A stretch of 64,000 nt of DNA, taken from NCBI GenBank assembly GCA_032250835.1, contig JAVVEA010000003.1, positions 89,458 to 153,457 on the forward strand, in the 5' to 3' direction. Positions 27,040 to 36,995 of this stretch are shown here, in pieces. Origin of the DNA: a bacterium. GTDB taxonomy: Bacteria > SAR324 > XYD2-FULL-50-16. Position numbers and translations under genes: made by a program. Numbering within the stretch: the first letter of the stretch is position 1; every line of letters starts with the position of its first letter. The notes beneath the pieces are model-generated. The model saw nothing but the letters and a program-made list of their open reading frames with translations. It was not told the origin of the DNA and searched no databases.

Positions 27040-27918
27040 ATGGACTCACTAAAGAAAACTCAAGCCAGCGGCCTCCTTTGGGGGCTTATGGCGCTCATGA
27101 TGTTTGCCTTGGCTGGTTGTTCCGGCTTAGGCGATGCCAAGTCGGCACTTTCGGCGGGTGATAAGGACAAGGCCTTCGAAATTGCCCAGGGCTTTTTAAA
27201 AGACGGCAACCCCGAAGTGCGGATTGAAGCGGCCCAGGTGGTCGGCATGACTGGTGGCGAACGGGCCGCCAAGGCACTGTATCCGTTGCTTGACGATGAG
27301 GAACCTACGGTCGGGGCGGCCGCTGGTGCCGCCATCGGCGACACGGGCTTCATTCCGGCCGGTCTGGTCTTAACCCAAAAAACACCCAAGGCACGCGGCG
27401 AAACCTTTGAGGGGATCGCCACCGGCTTCGGCAAGTTGGGTAGCGAGGCCATGCGCCCGCTGGTGGTCGCTTTCGATGCCACCAAGGTGGAAGGCGACTG
27501 GAAGGCGTACCGGGCGATGATGTTGCAGATTGGCCCTTCGGTGGCCACGGCGATTACCGAGTCTTTTAAGCGCAGCACCGCCCAGGAAAACCAAGAGAAA
27601 TTTAAGATCTTGGTGGAACTGCGCAGCCCCAAAGTAGCCCGCTTCCTGATCGATCAGATTGGTGATGAAGAAGTGGCGGTGATGATCGTCAAAGGCTTGG
27701 TCGAGTTGGGCAGCATCGCGGTAGACCCGGCGGTAGACAAGCTCAAGGAATACCAAGGCGACGAGACCAAAATCGTGCAAAAGGCGCTGCTTTGCGACGC
27801 CCTGGGAGATATTAAGTCTAAGAAGGCCATCCCTATCTTAGAACAAATGGCCAAAGAGCCCAGCGACCGCGTCCGCGCCGCCGCCGACCACGCCCTCACC
27901 AAGGTGCGCGGTTTTTAG
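27040..27918 (+). CDS. HEAT-repeat lipoprotein
   Basis: Lipobox LAGC; HEAT-like repeats PEVRIEAAQVVG, ALGDIKSKKAIPIL and DRVRAAADHAL. Confidence 0.75.
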   Translation: MDSLKKTQASGLLWGLMALMMFALAGCSGLGDAKSALSAGDKDKAFEIAQGFLKDGNPEVRIEAAQVVGMTGGERAAKALYPLLDDEEPTVGAAAGAAIGDTGFIPAGLVLTQKTPKARGETFEGIATGFGKLGSEAMRPLVVAFDATKVEGDWKAYRAMMLQIGPSVATAITESFKRSTAQENQEKFKILVELRSPKVARFLIDQIGDEEVAVMIVKGLVELGSIAVDPAVDKLKEYQGDETKIVQKALLCDALGDIKSKKAIPILEQMAKEPSDRVRAAADHALTKVRGF

Positions 27919-27927
27919 TCTTTTTCT

Positions 27928-27950
27928 AGACGGCCCTAATTGGGCCGTCT
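27928..27950. terminator. Hairpin between convergent genes
   Basis: AGACGGCCC-TAATT-GGGCCGTCT perfect 9-bp stem, 10 nt after the stop. Confidence 0.6.
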
Positions 27951-28052
27951 GTTCCCCACTACCTTCGCGGCTTAAAAAAAGCTGCTCTTTCCCTCTTGCC
28001 TTCAGAGCGCAGCGGCCCGAACTCAGGAAAGTCCTGTTTGAGGGATGTTCCT

Positions 28053-28427
28053 TTATTTAGCCAAAAAATAGCGAACCCCAGACAACTTGGCGAAGTGATC
28101 ATCTTGGGTCCAAATCACTGCACCTTCAAGTTGTCCTGTCGCATAGATAATGCTGTCCGCCATGGGTAGTTTTAAATCGCTACTGAGCTTGGCCGCAAAG
28201 ATGGAGATGACCTCGGTCAAATCCATTACCCTCCCCTGCCTCATGGCCGCAACCGCCTGCAAAGCAGCGTCTTCCCCGCGTTGGCGTAGCACCACTTTGA
28301 ACACTTCAAACAGGGTGATTGAAGGCACCAGCAAATCTTCGGGTTTCAGTAGGGGTTCTACAAAGCACTCGGCATTAGGGCCTTCTGCAAAGAACTCCAA
28401 CCAGCCGCAGGAATCCACCAGATTCAC
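28053..28427 (-). CDS. vapC: PIN-domain VapC toxin
   Basis: NLVDSCGWLE, PSITLFEV, LPMADSIIYAT and WTQDDHF acidic PIN residues. Confidence 0.92.
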   Translation of the reverse strand: MNLVDSCGWLEFFAEGPNAECFVEPLLKPEDLLVPSITLFEVFKVVLRQRGEDAALQAVAAMRQGRVMDLTEVISIFAAKLSSDLKLPMADSIIYATGQLEGAVIWTQDDHFAKLSGVRYFLAK

Positions 28428-28630
28428 AGCCGGTCCTCTTCACGGTCTAAGGTCCTATCCATCCCTTTAAGAAAGCCTCGCATGGACCCAATCGGCTTCT
28501 CAGGGATCAACTCCAGACGATTTCCGTAAGGAATCACCTGCAACTTCTGACCGACCTTGAGGTGCATAGCCTCACGAACGGACTTGGGGATCACAACTTG
28601 AAACTTTGGTGAAACCGTAACATGGTCCAT
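28424..28630 (-). CDS. vapB: AbrB/MazE-type antitoxin
   Basis: VTVSPKFQVVIPKSVRE swapped-hairpin motif; overlaps vapC; AGGAG RBS. Confidence 0.9.
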   Translation of the reverse strand: MDHVTVSPKFQVVIPKSVREAMHLKVGQKLQVIPYGNRLELIPEKPIGSMRGFLKGMDRTLDREEDRL

Positions 28631-28793
28631 AAGCGCTCCTGATCGATAGGCATTTTATCTTACGATAGAGTATTCGATAGGGTAGCGTCAAATATCGTTC
28701 GTTTTTTCTTGGGCGGTGTGGTTAACCGCTCCAGCCCATTGGTGACGTCAAAAAATATTTTGATGGGGCCGAGGAGCAGAGTCTGTCCCAGGC

Positions 28794-29846
28794 CTAAACC
28801 CGCTTCCCGCTGGCAGTGTCGAAGAAGAGTAGGTCGGTTTCGGCGGCATAGACGGTTAATGCTTGGCCCACCGTTAGGTTCTGTTCCTCTAAGACCATCC
28901 ACAGCCGTTCACCGGGGGCTAGCTCCAATTCAGCGTGGACTTCTCGGCCCAAGTGCTCGAAGAAGGTCACTTGGCCCTGCAACTCGATGTGGGGCTTAGC
29001 CGGTGCCTTGAGCGATAGTTTTTCGGGGCGGATGCCTAGGGTCAACAGGCCGCTGCGTTCTGGGCTCAGAGTAAAGCTGCCCCAATCACCGCTAAAGCTT
29101 GTTCCTTCGGCCTTTCCGCGCAACACGCCCAGCGGCGGGTGCCCCAAAAATTGGGCTACAAAGAGGCAGTTGGGGTTTTGGTAAAGCTCCAAGGGCGGGC
29201 CGACTTGTAAAACGTCCCCGGCGTTCATCACCGCCAACCGGTCGGCCAGGGTCATGGCTTCGGCTTGATCGTGGGTGACGTAAAGACTGGTGCGGCCCAA
29301 GCGGCGGTGCAGCTTGCCGATCTCCTGGCGCATCTGTTCGCGTAGCCTGGCGTCTAGGTTGGATAAGGGCTCATCAAACAAAAAGACCAGCGGCTCGCGT
29401 ACCAGAGCGCGGCCAATGGCCACCCGTTGGCGCTGTCCGCCTGAAAGTTGACCGGGTTTACGGCCCAGCAACGGCTCGATCTCTAACATCCGCGCCACCT
29501 CTTCGATCTTGGCGTTGCGCTGGGCTTTGCCGAGCTTAAGGATCTTTAAGGGATACTCTAGGTTGCCCCGGACCGTCATGTGCGGATAGAGGGCGTAGTT
29601 CTGGAAGACCATGGCGACGCCCCGGTTCTTGGGCTCGAGGTGGGTCACGTCTTTCCCGCCGATCTCTATCTGTCCGGAACTGACTTCCTCTAGCCCGGCG
29701 ATCAACCGCAAGAGCGTGGTCTTGCCGCAGCCCGAAGGCCCCACGAAAACCATGAATTCCCCCGAATGGATCGAGAGGTCCGCGCCGTGCAAAATTGGGG
29801 TGTCGCCAAATCGCTTAGCGACTGCCTTGATCTCAATGGTGCTCAT
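28794..29846 (-). CDS. Carbohydrate ABC transporter ATP-binding subunit (MalK/UgpC family)
   Basis: GPSGCGKTT, VFQNYALYPHM, LSGGQRQR, DEPLSNLDA, YVTHDQ and GIRPE motifs; C-terminal TOBE region. Confidence 0.93.
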   Translation of the reverse strand: MSTIEIKAVAKRFGDTPILHGADLSIHSGEFMVFVGPSGCGKTTLLRLIAGLEEVSSGQIEIGGKDVTHLEPKNRGVAMVFQNYALYPHMTVRGNLEYPLKILKLGKAQRNAKIEEVARMLEIEPLLGRKPGQLSGGQRQRVAIGRALVREPLVFLFDEPLSNLDARLREQMRQEIGKLHRRLGRTSLYVTHDQAEAMTLADRLAVMNAGDVLQVGPPLELYQNPNCLFVAQFLGHPPLGVLRGKAEGTSFSGDWGSFTLSPERSGLLTLGIRPEKLSLKAPAKPHIELQGQVTFFEHLGREVHAELELAPGERLWMVLEEQNLTVGQALTVYAAETDLLFFDTASGKRV

Positions 29847-30412
29847 GCCTCGCCCCAGCGTTTAAAGAGTTGGTGCTCTAGGCCTAAGAGGTCTAAAATC
29901 TTGCCTAGGCTTTGGTCGATTAGATCGTTGATACTTTGGGGTTGGTGGTAAAAGGCGGGCATGGTTGGGCAGATGATGGCCCCCGCTTCGGTGGCGGTGG
30001 TGAGGTTGCGCAAATGGATTAGGCTCAAGGGGGTTTCTCTGGGGCAAAGGATCAGTTTGCGGCGCTCTTTAAGGGCCACGTCAGCGGCACGGGTCAGTAA
30101 GTTGTCGCTTTGGCCCCCGGCGATCTTGGCTAAACTAGACATAGAGCAAGGCAACACCAACATGCCTAAGTTCAAGAAGCTACCCGAGGCGGGTGCAGCG
30201 GTCAGGTCCCGGTTGTCATAGACCCGGTGGGCCAGGGCCTCAAAGTCTTTGGGGTCCCGGTCCATTTCCAGGCGGATATTGGTCTGGGCAGCTTCGGTTA
30301 AAATTAGATGCACCTCTAGGTCCAAGGACTGGAGCTGTTCTAACATCCGCCAAGCGTAGACCACGCCCGAAGCGCCGCTTACCCCCAAAATCAACCGATT
30401 GGTCTGGCTCAT
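29843..30412 (-). CDS. ubiX: Flavin prenyltransferase
   Basis: GVSGASG, ASGSF, PCSM, RAADVALKERR, PRETP and PAFYHQP motifs. Confidence 0.94.
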   Translation of the reverse strand: MSQTNRLILGVSGASGVVYAWRMLEQLQSLDLEVHLILTEAAQTNIRLEMDRDPKDFEALAHRVYDNRDLTAAPASGSFLNLGMLVLPCSMSSLAKIAGGQSDNLLTRAADVALKERRKLILCPRETPLSLIHLRNLTTATEAGAIICPTMPAFYHQPQSINDLIDQSLGKILDLLGLEHQLFKRWGEA

Positions 30413-30488
30413 CTGTTACCTTTGGGGGCCAAGGCCCCGATTCCGGCCCGCCCAGAGGGCATCACCCTTTAGCGTTTTGGCAGGAAAT

Positions 30489-30585
30489 TTTACATTAATC
30501 TTACATCCCATTGGAACCCGTTAAACTAGACTACAACAAGCAATTCGCCAAAACAGGCGGTTAAAGATTTTACAACTAGTTGACA
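30489..30585 (+). promoter_or_regulatory. Two candidate Pho boxes upstream of pstS
   Basis: TTTACA-N5-CTTACA (30489-30505) and TTTACA-N5-TTGACA (30569-30585), both with an 11-bp period. Confidence 0.6.
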
Positions 30586-30675
30586 AAAACCGAACCCCAA
30601 GGGGTGGCGGTCAACCTATGGTGTTTTCATCCTAGCGTTACGCATCGATACCGCAAACCCCTTTTGTGAGGAAAC

Positions 30676-31653
30676 ATGAAATCAGCTACCGTTAAGGCAG
30701 CTTTGCTTGGTCTGGGTATGGTCCTTTTGGCCCAAAGCCCGGTGATGGCAAAAATGAAAGTAGAAGATGGCATTTCGACCTATGAGAAAACCTCTGGTGT
30801 CGGTGGCAACCTGAACTCGATTGGTTCAGACACGTTAAACAACCTGATGACCTTCTGGGCCGAGTCCTTCCGCAAGAAGTACCCGAACGTGAACATCCAG
30901 ATTGAAGGCAAGGGCAGCTCTACGGCTCCCCCGGCTTTGATCTCCGGTACTTCTCAGTTGGGGCCCATGAGCCGCAAGATGAAGTCCAAGGAAGAAGAAG
31001 AATTTGAAAAGAAGTTTGGTTATAAGCCCACCCGCGTCGGCGTGGCTTTGGATTCGTTGGCGGTCTACGTCAACAAAGACAACCCGATTAACAGCTTGAG
31101 CCTACAGGAAGTGGACGCCATGTTCTCCAGCACCCGCAAGGGCGGCTTTGCTCATGAAGTCAACACCTGGGGTCAGTTGGGCTTAGACGGCAGTTGGGCC
31201 AAGCGCCCGGTGAGCCTTTATGGCCGGAACTCAGCCTCGGGCACCTATGGCTACTTCAAGAAGCACGCGCTTTTCAAAGGCGACTACAAAGCGACCGTTA
31301 AAGAACAGCCTGGTTCGGCTTCGGTGGTTTTGGGCGTAACTGAAGACTTGGGTGGCGTTGGTTACTCCGGTGTTGGCTACAAGACCTCTGGGGTAAAAGC
31401 CATTGCCTTGTCTAAAGAAAAGGGCGGCACCGCTTATGAGCCTAATTATGAGAACGTTTTGGGCGGGAAGTACCCCTTGGGGCGCATGTTGTACGTCTAT
31501 GTTGCCAAAGAACCCAACAAGCCCATGGACAAGACGGTACGCGAATTCTTGAAGTTCGTTTTGTCTAAAGAAGGCCAGGAAATCGTGATCAAAGACGGCT
31601 ATTTGCCTTTGACCACCAAGTTAGTAGAAGACCAGTTAAGTCAACTGGACTAA
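30676..31653 (+). CDS. pstS: Phosphate ABC transporter substrate-binding protein
   Basis: Signal peptide; GSDTL, GSSTA, MSR and RNSASGTY motifs. Confidence 0.96.
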   Translation: MKSATVKAALLGLGMVLLAQSPVMAKMKVEDGISTYEKTSGVGGNLNSIGSDTLNNLMTFWAESFRKKYPNVNIQIEGKGSSTAPPALISGTSQLGPMSRKMKSKEEEEFEKKFGYKPTRVGVALDSLAVYVNKDNPINSLSLQEVDAMFSSTRKGGFAHEVNTWGQLGLDGSWAKRPVSLYGRNSASGTYGYFKKHALFKGDYKATVKEQPGSASVVLGVTEDLGGVGYSGVGYKTSGVKAIALSKEKGGTAYEPNYENVLGGKYPLGRMLYVYVAKEPNKPMDKTVREFLKFVLSKEGQEIVIKDGYLPLTTKLVEDQLSQLD

Positions 31654-31684
31654 CTCAACTGCTACATTAAAACGGGGATAGATT

Positions 31685-33895
31685 ATGGATTTGGCGGTAC
31701 TCCGTCGCAATCGGCGAATCGACTTCATGGCCAAGCAGGGCATCACCTTCGGGGGGGCTCTGATCTTAGTCTGCGTGGTCGGCATGTTGGCCATGTTGTT
31801 GATGGAGACGCTGCCGCTCTTCTTCACGCCAGAGAAGAAGATTTTGACCCAATTTGATCTGCCCCGTAAAGCATCGGACCCCCAGGCATTGGCCTTGGGG
31901 GTTGATGAGTATTTAGAGACCGGATACTGGATCGACCGTGATGGGCGCATGACGTTTTTAGACCTGGTGCGCGGCATCAAGACCGATTACGTAGATTTCT
32001 CTAAAGGCCCCAAGCTGCTGCAAGCAGCCCCCTATGGAGCCAATCGTTTCACCCTGCTTTTTGAAGATGGCTCCGTGACTTTAGTGCGGGTCCGCTTCCA
32101 AACCGAATTTGCCGAAGACAACCACCGGACGGTGGAACACCAAGCCTCGGTGGTGCGCCGCCTGCCGGTGGGCACCTTTGCGGCCGCTCCGGTCAAGGTC
32201 CAGTTGCGGGCTATTGGGGCCGGATTGTTGGCGGTGGCGCAACTGCCCGATAACCGGTTGCAGTTGGTGGCCCTTAAGGTAGAAGAAGATTTCTTGGGCA
32301 ATGTGAGCGAATCTCGCTTTGAAAGCTTCATCAATGCCGAAGACCCTGTCAGTGCATATTCGCTTAATGAAGCGGGCACCCAATTATATGTAGCTACCGA
32401 GACGGGTAAGCTGATGCTCTGGAGCCTCAAAGACCCTGAAGAACCGAGTCTTTCGGACCTACAGCAGGCCTTTGACGATGGCCGCAAACTGACCGATCTG
32501 GCCTTGCTCTTTGGTGATGAATCGATTGTGGTCGGGGACTCGGCTGGTCAGGTAACCAGTTGGTTCATGGCCCCGGCTTCTGAAGGCAGTCCCGAAAAGA
32601 AGCTGACCCGCATCCACGACTTAAGCCAGTTCAACAGCCCGGTCCAAAGAGTGACGGCCTCGTTGCGCAACAAATCGGTGCTCTCTTTGGCCGACGGCAA
32701 GATTGAATTGGATCATTCCACCTCTGAACGCAATTTGGTCAGTTTCGAGACCCAGGCGCCGATCACCCACTTTGCTTTCTCGACCCGGGGTAACGGCCTC
32801 TTGGCGATGGACGGGCAAGACAAGGTAACCCTCTGGTCTGTAGACGCGCCGCACCCCGAAGGCAGCTGGCAGGTTTATTTTGGTAAGGTCTGGTACGAGA
32901 ACTACGATGCTCCGGCTTACGTCTGGCAATCCTCGGCTGGTACCGATGACTTTGAGCCCAAATTCAGCTTGATCCCGTTGATCTTCGGCAGCCTGAAGGG
33001 CACCCTTTATGCCATGCTCTTTGCGGTGCCGATCGCCATCTTCGGTGCACTCTACACCAACCAATTTGCCAGCCGCCGCTTCCAGGCGATCGTCAAACCG
33101 GCGGTGGAGATCACCGCCGCCGTACCTAGCGTGATCATCGGTTTTTTAGCGGCCCTTTGGTTGGCTCCGATCGTTGACGAATGGCTGTTGAGCTTCTTTT
33201 TGTTTATCCTGATCCTGCCGCTCCTGTTGTCGCTGTTTTTGCTCGCCTGGGCTCGGCTACGGACCAACTTAAAGATCCGCTTGATCGAGCAGTCAAAGGA
33301 GCTTTATCTGGCCATGCCCTTATTGCTGATGGCCATTGGCATGTCAGTCTGGCTACAGCCGATGGTGCAAGACTGGCTCTTTGACGGCAGCTTTAAACAA
33401 TGGATCTTTGACAACATCACCAAGAATTACGACCAGCGCAACAGCATCGTTATCTCTTTCGCGTTGGGCTTTATCGTGATCCCCTTCATTTTTACCATGA
33501 CCGACGACGCTCTTTCGAGCGTGCCCGACTCCTTAAAGGCGGCCAGTGCTGCGCTCGGGGCTAGTCGGTGGCAGACGACTTGGAAAGTGTTGTTGCCCTC
33601 GGCCTCGCCGGGGCTTTTTGCCGGGACCATTCTGGGCATGGGCCGCGCCATTGGGGAAACGATGATCGTTTTGATGGCCACCGGCAACACGCCGATCATC
33701 GATTTGTCGATGTTTAACGGCATGCGGACCCTTTCGGCCAACATTGCTGTAGAAATCCCCGAAGCGCCGGTGGGCGGTTCGCTGTACCGGGTCTTGTTCC
33801 TTTCGGCGGTGATCCTCTTTTGTTTCACCTTCGTAATCAACAGTCTGGCAGAATTATTCCGTTATACCTTGAGGAAGAAGTATGCCGAATTCTAA
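31685..33895 (+). CDS. pstC: Phosphate ABC permease with large beta-propeller-like periplasmic domain
   Basis: YVWQSS...FEPKFSLIPLIFGSLKG, AVPSVIIG, GRAIGETMIVLMATGN motifs; operon position. Confidence 0.92.
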   Translation: MDLAVLRRNRRIDFMAKQGITFGGALILVCVVGMLAMLLMETLPLFFTPEKKILTQFDLPRKASDPQALALGVDEYLETGYWIDRDGRMTFLDLVRGIKTDYVDFSKGPKLLQAAPYGANRFTLLFEDGSVTLVRVRFQTEFAEDNHRTVEHQASVVRRLPVGTFAAAPVKVQLRAIGAGLLAVAQLPDNRLQLVALKVEEDFLGNVSESRFESFINAEDPVSAYSLNEAGTQLYVATETGKLMLWSLKDPEEPSLSDLQQAFDDGRKLTDLALLFGDESIVVGDSAGQVTSWFMAPASEGSPEKKLTRIHDLSQFNSPVQRVTASLRNKSVLSLADGKIELDHSTSERNLVSFETQAPITHFAFSTRGNGLLAMDGQDKVTLWSVDAPHPEGSWQVYFGKVWYENYDAPAYVWQSSAGTDDFEPKFSLIPLIFGSLKGTLYAMLFAVPIAIFGALYTNQFASRRFQAIVKPAVEITAAVPSVIIGFLAALWLAPIVDEWLLSFFLFILILPLLLSLFLLAWARLRTNLKIRLIEQSKELYLAMPLLLMAIGMSVWLQPMVQDWLFDGSFKQWIFDNITKNYDQRNSIVISFALGFIVIPFIFTMTDDALSSVPDSLKAASAALGASRWQTTWKVLLPSASPGLFAGTILGMGRAIGETMIVLMATGNTPIIDLSMFNGMRTLSANIAVEIPEAPVGGSLYRVLFLSAVILFCFTFVINSLAELFRYTLRKKYAEF

Positions 33896-35510
33896 AGAAC
33901 AACAGGCCTTTGTCAAAGCCGAAATCAAGAAGTTTTGGCGCGAAGGCGAATACAACGTCTGGTTCTCCACGCTCAGTATCGGTGGCATTCTGCTGATGGC
34001 CTTGACCCTTTTGGTGGTCGTGGTGATCAACGGCTTGGGGGCTTTGTGGCCGGCGGACTTGGTACAGGTGAAGACCGAAGACGGGCGCACCTATTTGGGC
34101 GAGCTCAAGCAGACCGGGGTGCATCCTTTGACCAAGGAAGCGCGCTTCCAACTTAAAATTGGCAACCGGGACCTTTATCCCTTGGATTTTAAGTGGATTG
34201 AGTCAAAGCATGTGACCGAAACCCAGCATCCCGAAGAGGCCATTGCTTTAGAACGCGAAGAATATGGCAATTTTTACGGCTACCTAAAAAGGGTGCAAAG
34301 CCCGGCGCTGACCCGCGAGGATGGCGGACTGGAAGCCTTGCGCATGCCTGCTGCCAACGCGCGAGAAAAACTGGAAAGCCTCAACGACGAGATCAAAAGT
34401 CTCTCGCAAGAGATGCAGTCGGTGAGGCTCGACATCCAGGCCATCAAGTACCACCACCCTGACGAACCCGAACGGCCTGAATTGATTGAATTGGGCAAGA
34501 AGGTACGGGCTCTCCGGTTTGAGTTCGACAAGTTGGTCCATGCCCAAGGGGTAGAGCAGAGTGCGGCGTTGATGCATGTGGCGGTCTTTGAGGACGTCGA
34601 GGGGAAGACCCGCGAAATCCCCATGATCTACATCCACCGCTACTATTACCCCAACCAGATGAACTGGGCCCAGAAGACCCTCCATTATTTGGCCAAAATA
34701 TTGGAGTTGTTTATTGCCGAACCTCGCGAATCAAACACAGAAGGCGGTTTGTACCCGGCCATCGTGGGTACGGTGATGCTGGTGATGATCATGAGCATGT
34801 TCTCCTTCCCCTTAGGGGTCATCGCCGCCGTCTACTTGCGCGAATATGCCCGCAAAGGGGTGATGGTCCAAGCGATTCGGGTGGCGGTCAACAATTTGGC
34901 CGGCATCCCTTCGATCGTTTGGGGCATCTTTGGCTTGGCCTTCTTTATTTACGCCGTCGGTGGCGGCATCGACGCGGTCTTCTTCCCGGAGCGTTCACCG
35001 AACCCGACCTTCGGCACCGGCGGGGTCCTTTGGGCCAGCGCTACCTTGGGGCTATTGACCGTTCCGGTGGTGATCGTAGCTACCGAAGAGGCCTTGGGTT
35101 CGGTGCCCGGAGAAATCCGCCACGGCTCCTTAGCGCTAGGGGCAACCCAGTTCCAAACGCTGATGCGGGTGATATTACCGATGGCCAGCCCGCGCATCAT
35201 GACCGGCTTTATCCTGGCCATGAGCCGTGCCGCTGGTGAAGTAGCCCCCTTGATGATCACCGGGGTGGTTAAACTGGCCCCCTCCTTGCCGATAGATACT
35301 GACTTCCCCTTTGTGCATTTAGAGCGTAAGTTCATGCATCTAGGGTTCCATATCTATGACGTGGGCTTTCAATCGCCCAACGTTGAAGCCGCCAAACCGA
35401 TGGTTTTCGTGACCACGTTGCTGCTCTTGGGCGTGGTGGTCACGCTGACTTCCGCGTCTATCTTTTTACGCAACCGGATGAAGAAACGTTTCGCCGGACG
35501 AACCTTCTAA
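33882..35510 (+). CDS. pstA: Phosphate ABC permease
   Basis: PRESNTEGG, NNLAGIPSIV, SLALGAT and RAAGEVAPL motifs. Confidence 0.93.
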   Translation: MPNSKEQQAFVKAEIKKFWREGEYNVWFSTLSIGGILLMALTLLVVVVINGLGALWPADLVQVKTEDGRTYLGELKQTGVHPLTKEARFQLKIGNRDLYPLDFKWIESKHVTETQHPEEAIALEREEYGNFYGYLKRVQSPALTREDGGLEALRMPAANAREKLESLNDEIKSLSQEMQSVRLDIQAIKYHHPDEPERPELIELGKKVRALRFEFDKLVHAQGVEQSAALMHVAVFEDVEGKTREIPMIYIHRYYYPNQMNWAQKTLHYLAKILELFIAEPRESNTEGGLYPAIVGTVMLVMIMSMFSFPLGVIAAVYLREYARKGVMVQAIRVAVNNLAGIPSIVWGIFGLAFFIYAVGGGIDAVFFPERSPNPTFGTGGVLWASATLGLLTVPVVIVATEEALGSVPGEIRHGSLALGATQFQTLMRVILPMASPRIMTGFILAMSRAAGEVAPLMITGVVKLAPSLPIDTDFPFVHLERKFMHLGFHIYDVGFQSPNVEAAKPMVFVTTLLLLGVVVTLTSASIFLRNRMKKRFAGRTF

Positions 35511-35516
35511 TATATT

Positions 35517-36296
35517 ATGAGCGACCCAATCAGCAAATTCACTCCTGTCATGCGCGTACGCGACCTAGACTTGTTTTATGGCGAGTCCCAGGCGCTCTTC
35601 GCGGTGGATATGGACATCCCCAAACACCAGGTAACGGCGCTGATCGGGCCGTCAGGTTGCGGGAAATCGACTTTCTTGCGCTGTCTGAACCGGATGAACG
35701 ACCTCCTGGGGATCGTCAGCATTACCGGCAAGATCGAACTAGAAGACGGCACGGACATTTACGACAAACACCAAGACCCGATCCAGCTGCGGCGTCAGGT
35801 AGGGATGATTTTCCAGAAGTCCAACCCCTTCCCTAAGTCGATCTACGAAAATGTGATCTATGGCTTGCGGATTGCTGGGGTCAACGACAAAAAGAAGCTC
35901 GATGAGGTGGTCGAAGACAGCCTGCAACGCGCCGCTTTGTGGGAGGAAGTTAAAGACCGCTTGGACGCTAGCGCCTTGGGCCTTTCGGGCGGCCAAATGC
36001 AACGACTCTGCATTGCCCGCGCCGTCGCAGTCGGGCCGGAAATTTTATTGATGGACGAACCCTGTTCGGCTCTAGACCCCAAATCGACCTCTAAAATTGA
36101 GGATTTGATTTTAGAGCTACGCGGGAGTTATACTATTGTGATCGTGACCCACAATATGCAGCAGGCCTCTAGGGTCAGCGACTACACGGGCTTTTTCTAC
36201 GAGGGAAAACTGATCGAATTCGACCGGACCCAAAAAATATTCACCAACCCCACCAACCAACAGACCGAAGACTACATTACCGGTCGCTTCGGCTAA
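35517..36296 (+). CDS. pstB: Phosphate ABC ATP-binding protein
   Basis: [40 protein letters not shown] and [10 protein letters not shown] motifs. Confidence 0.97.
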   Translation: MSDPISKFTPVMRVRDLDLFYGESQALFAVDMDIPKHQVTALIGPSGCGKSTFLRCLNRMNDLLGIVSITGKIELEDGTDIYDKHQDPIQLRRQVGMIFQKSNPFPKSIYENVIYGLRIAGVNDKKKLDEVVEDSLQRAALWEEVKDRLDASALGLSGGQMQRLCIARAVAVGPEILLMDEPCSALDPKSTSKIEDLILELRGSYTIVIVTHNMQQASRVSDYTGFFYEGKLIEFDRTQKIFTNPTNQQTEDYITGRFG

Positions 36297-36308
36297 GGAC
36301 AGAGCAAC

Positions 36309-36995
36309 ATGACGATTCATCTGCAAAAGGAAATCGAAAAGCTCAAGACCATGATCCTCTCAATGAGTGCTCGGGTCGAGAAAAACTTCCATGATATCTC
36401 CGAAGCCGCTATCATTAGCGATGTGGAAACGGCTAATCGGGTGATCAAAGAGGAAGCACAAATCAACGACATAGAGCTGGAGATTGAGGAAGAATGCCTC
36501 AAAAGTCTAGCGCTCTACCAGCCGGTAGCGGTCGATTTGCGGCTGATCGTGGCGATCTTGAAGATCAATAATGAGTTAGAGCGGATCAATGACTTTTCGG
36601 TCAATATCGCCGAACGTGTCTTGGACCTAGCCAGCCTGTCTAACTTTGAGACACCCTTCGACATTAAGGGCATGTCCGAAAAGGTGGGGCGGATGCTCTC
36701 GATGAGCTTGGACGCGCTGATCAACATGGACCCGCAGCTGGCAATCGAAGTCTGCAACTTAGACGACGAGGTGGACGACCAGAACAAAGAAATCTTTGCT
36801 CAGGTCACCACCGAGATCCAAAAGGACCCCAGCCGGGTCAAGATCATGTTGCAATATGCCTCAATCAGCCGCTACCTAGAGCGTATCGCCGATTTGGCCA
36901 GCAACATCGCCGAGGATGTGATTTACTTGGTTGAAGGCGCGATCATCCGGCACCAGGATATTGAGGATCTTTCTGAAATCAGCCACGGCGACTAA
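36309..36995 (+). CDS. phoU: Phosphate signalling protein PhoU
   Basis: QPVAVDLR, ELERI.D, DDEVD and LERIADLASNIAE repeats. Confidence 0.96.
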   Translation: MTIHLQKEIEKLKTMILSMSARVEKNFHDISEAAIISDVETANRVIKEEAQINDIELEIEEECLKSLALYQPVAVDLRLIVAILKINNELERINDFSVNIAERVLDLASLSNFETPFDIKGMSEKVGRMLSMSLDALINMDPQLAIEVCNLDDEVDDQNKEIFAQVTTEIQKDPSRVKIMLQYASISRYLERIADLASNIAEDVIYLVEGAIIRHQDIEDLSEISHGD

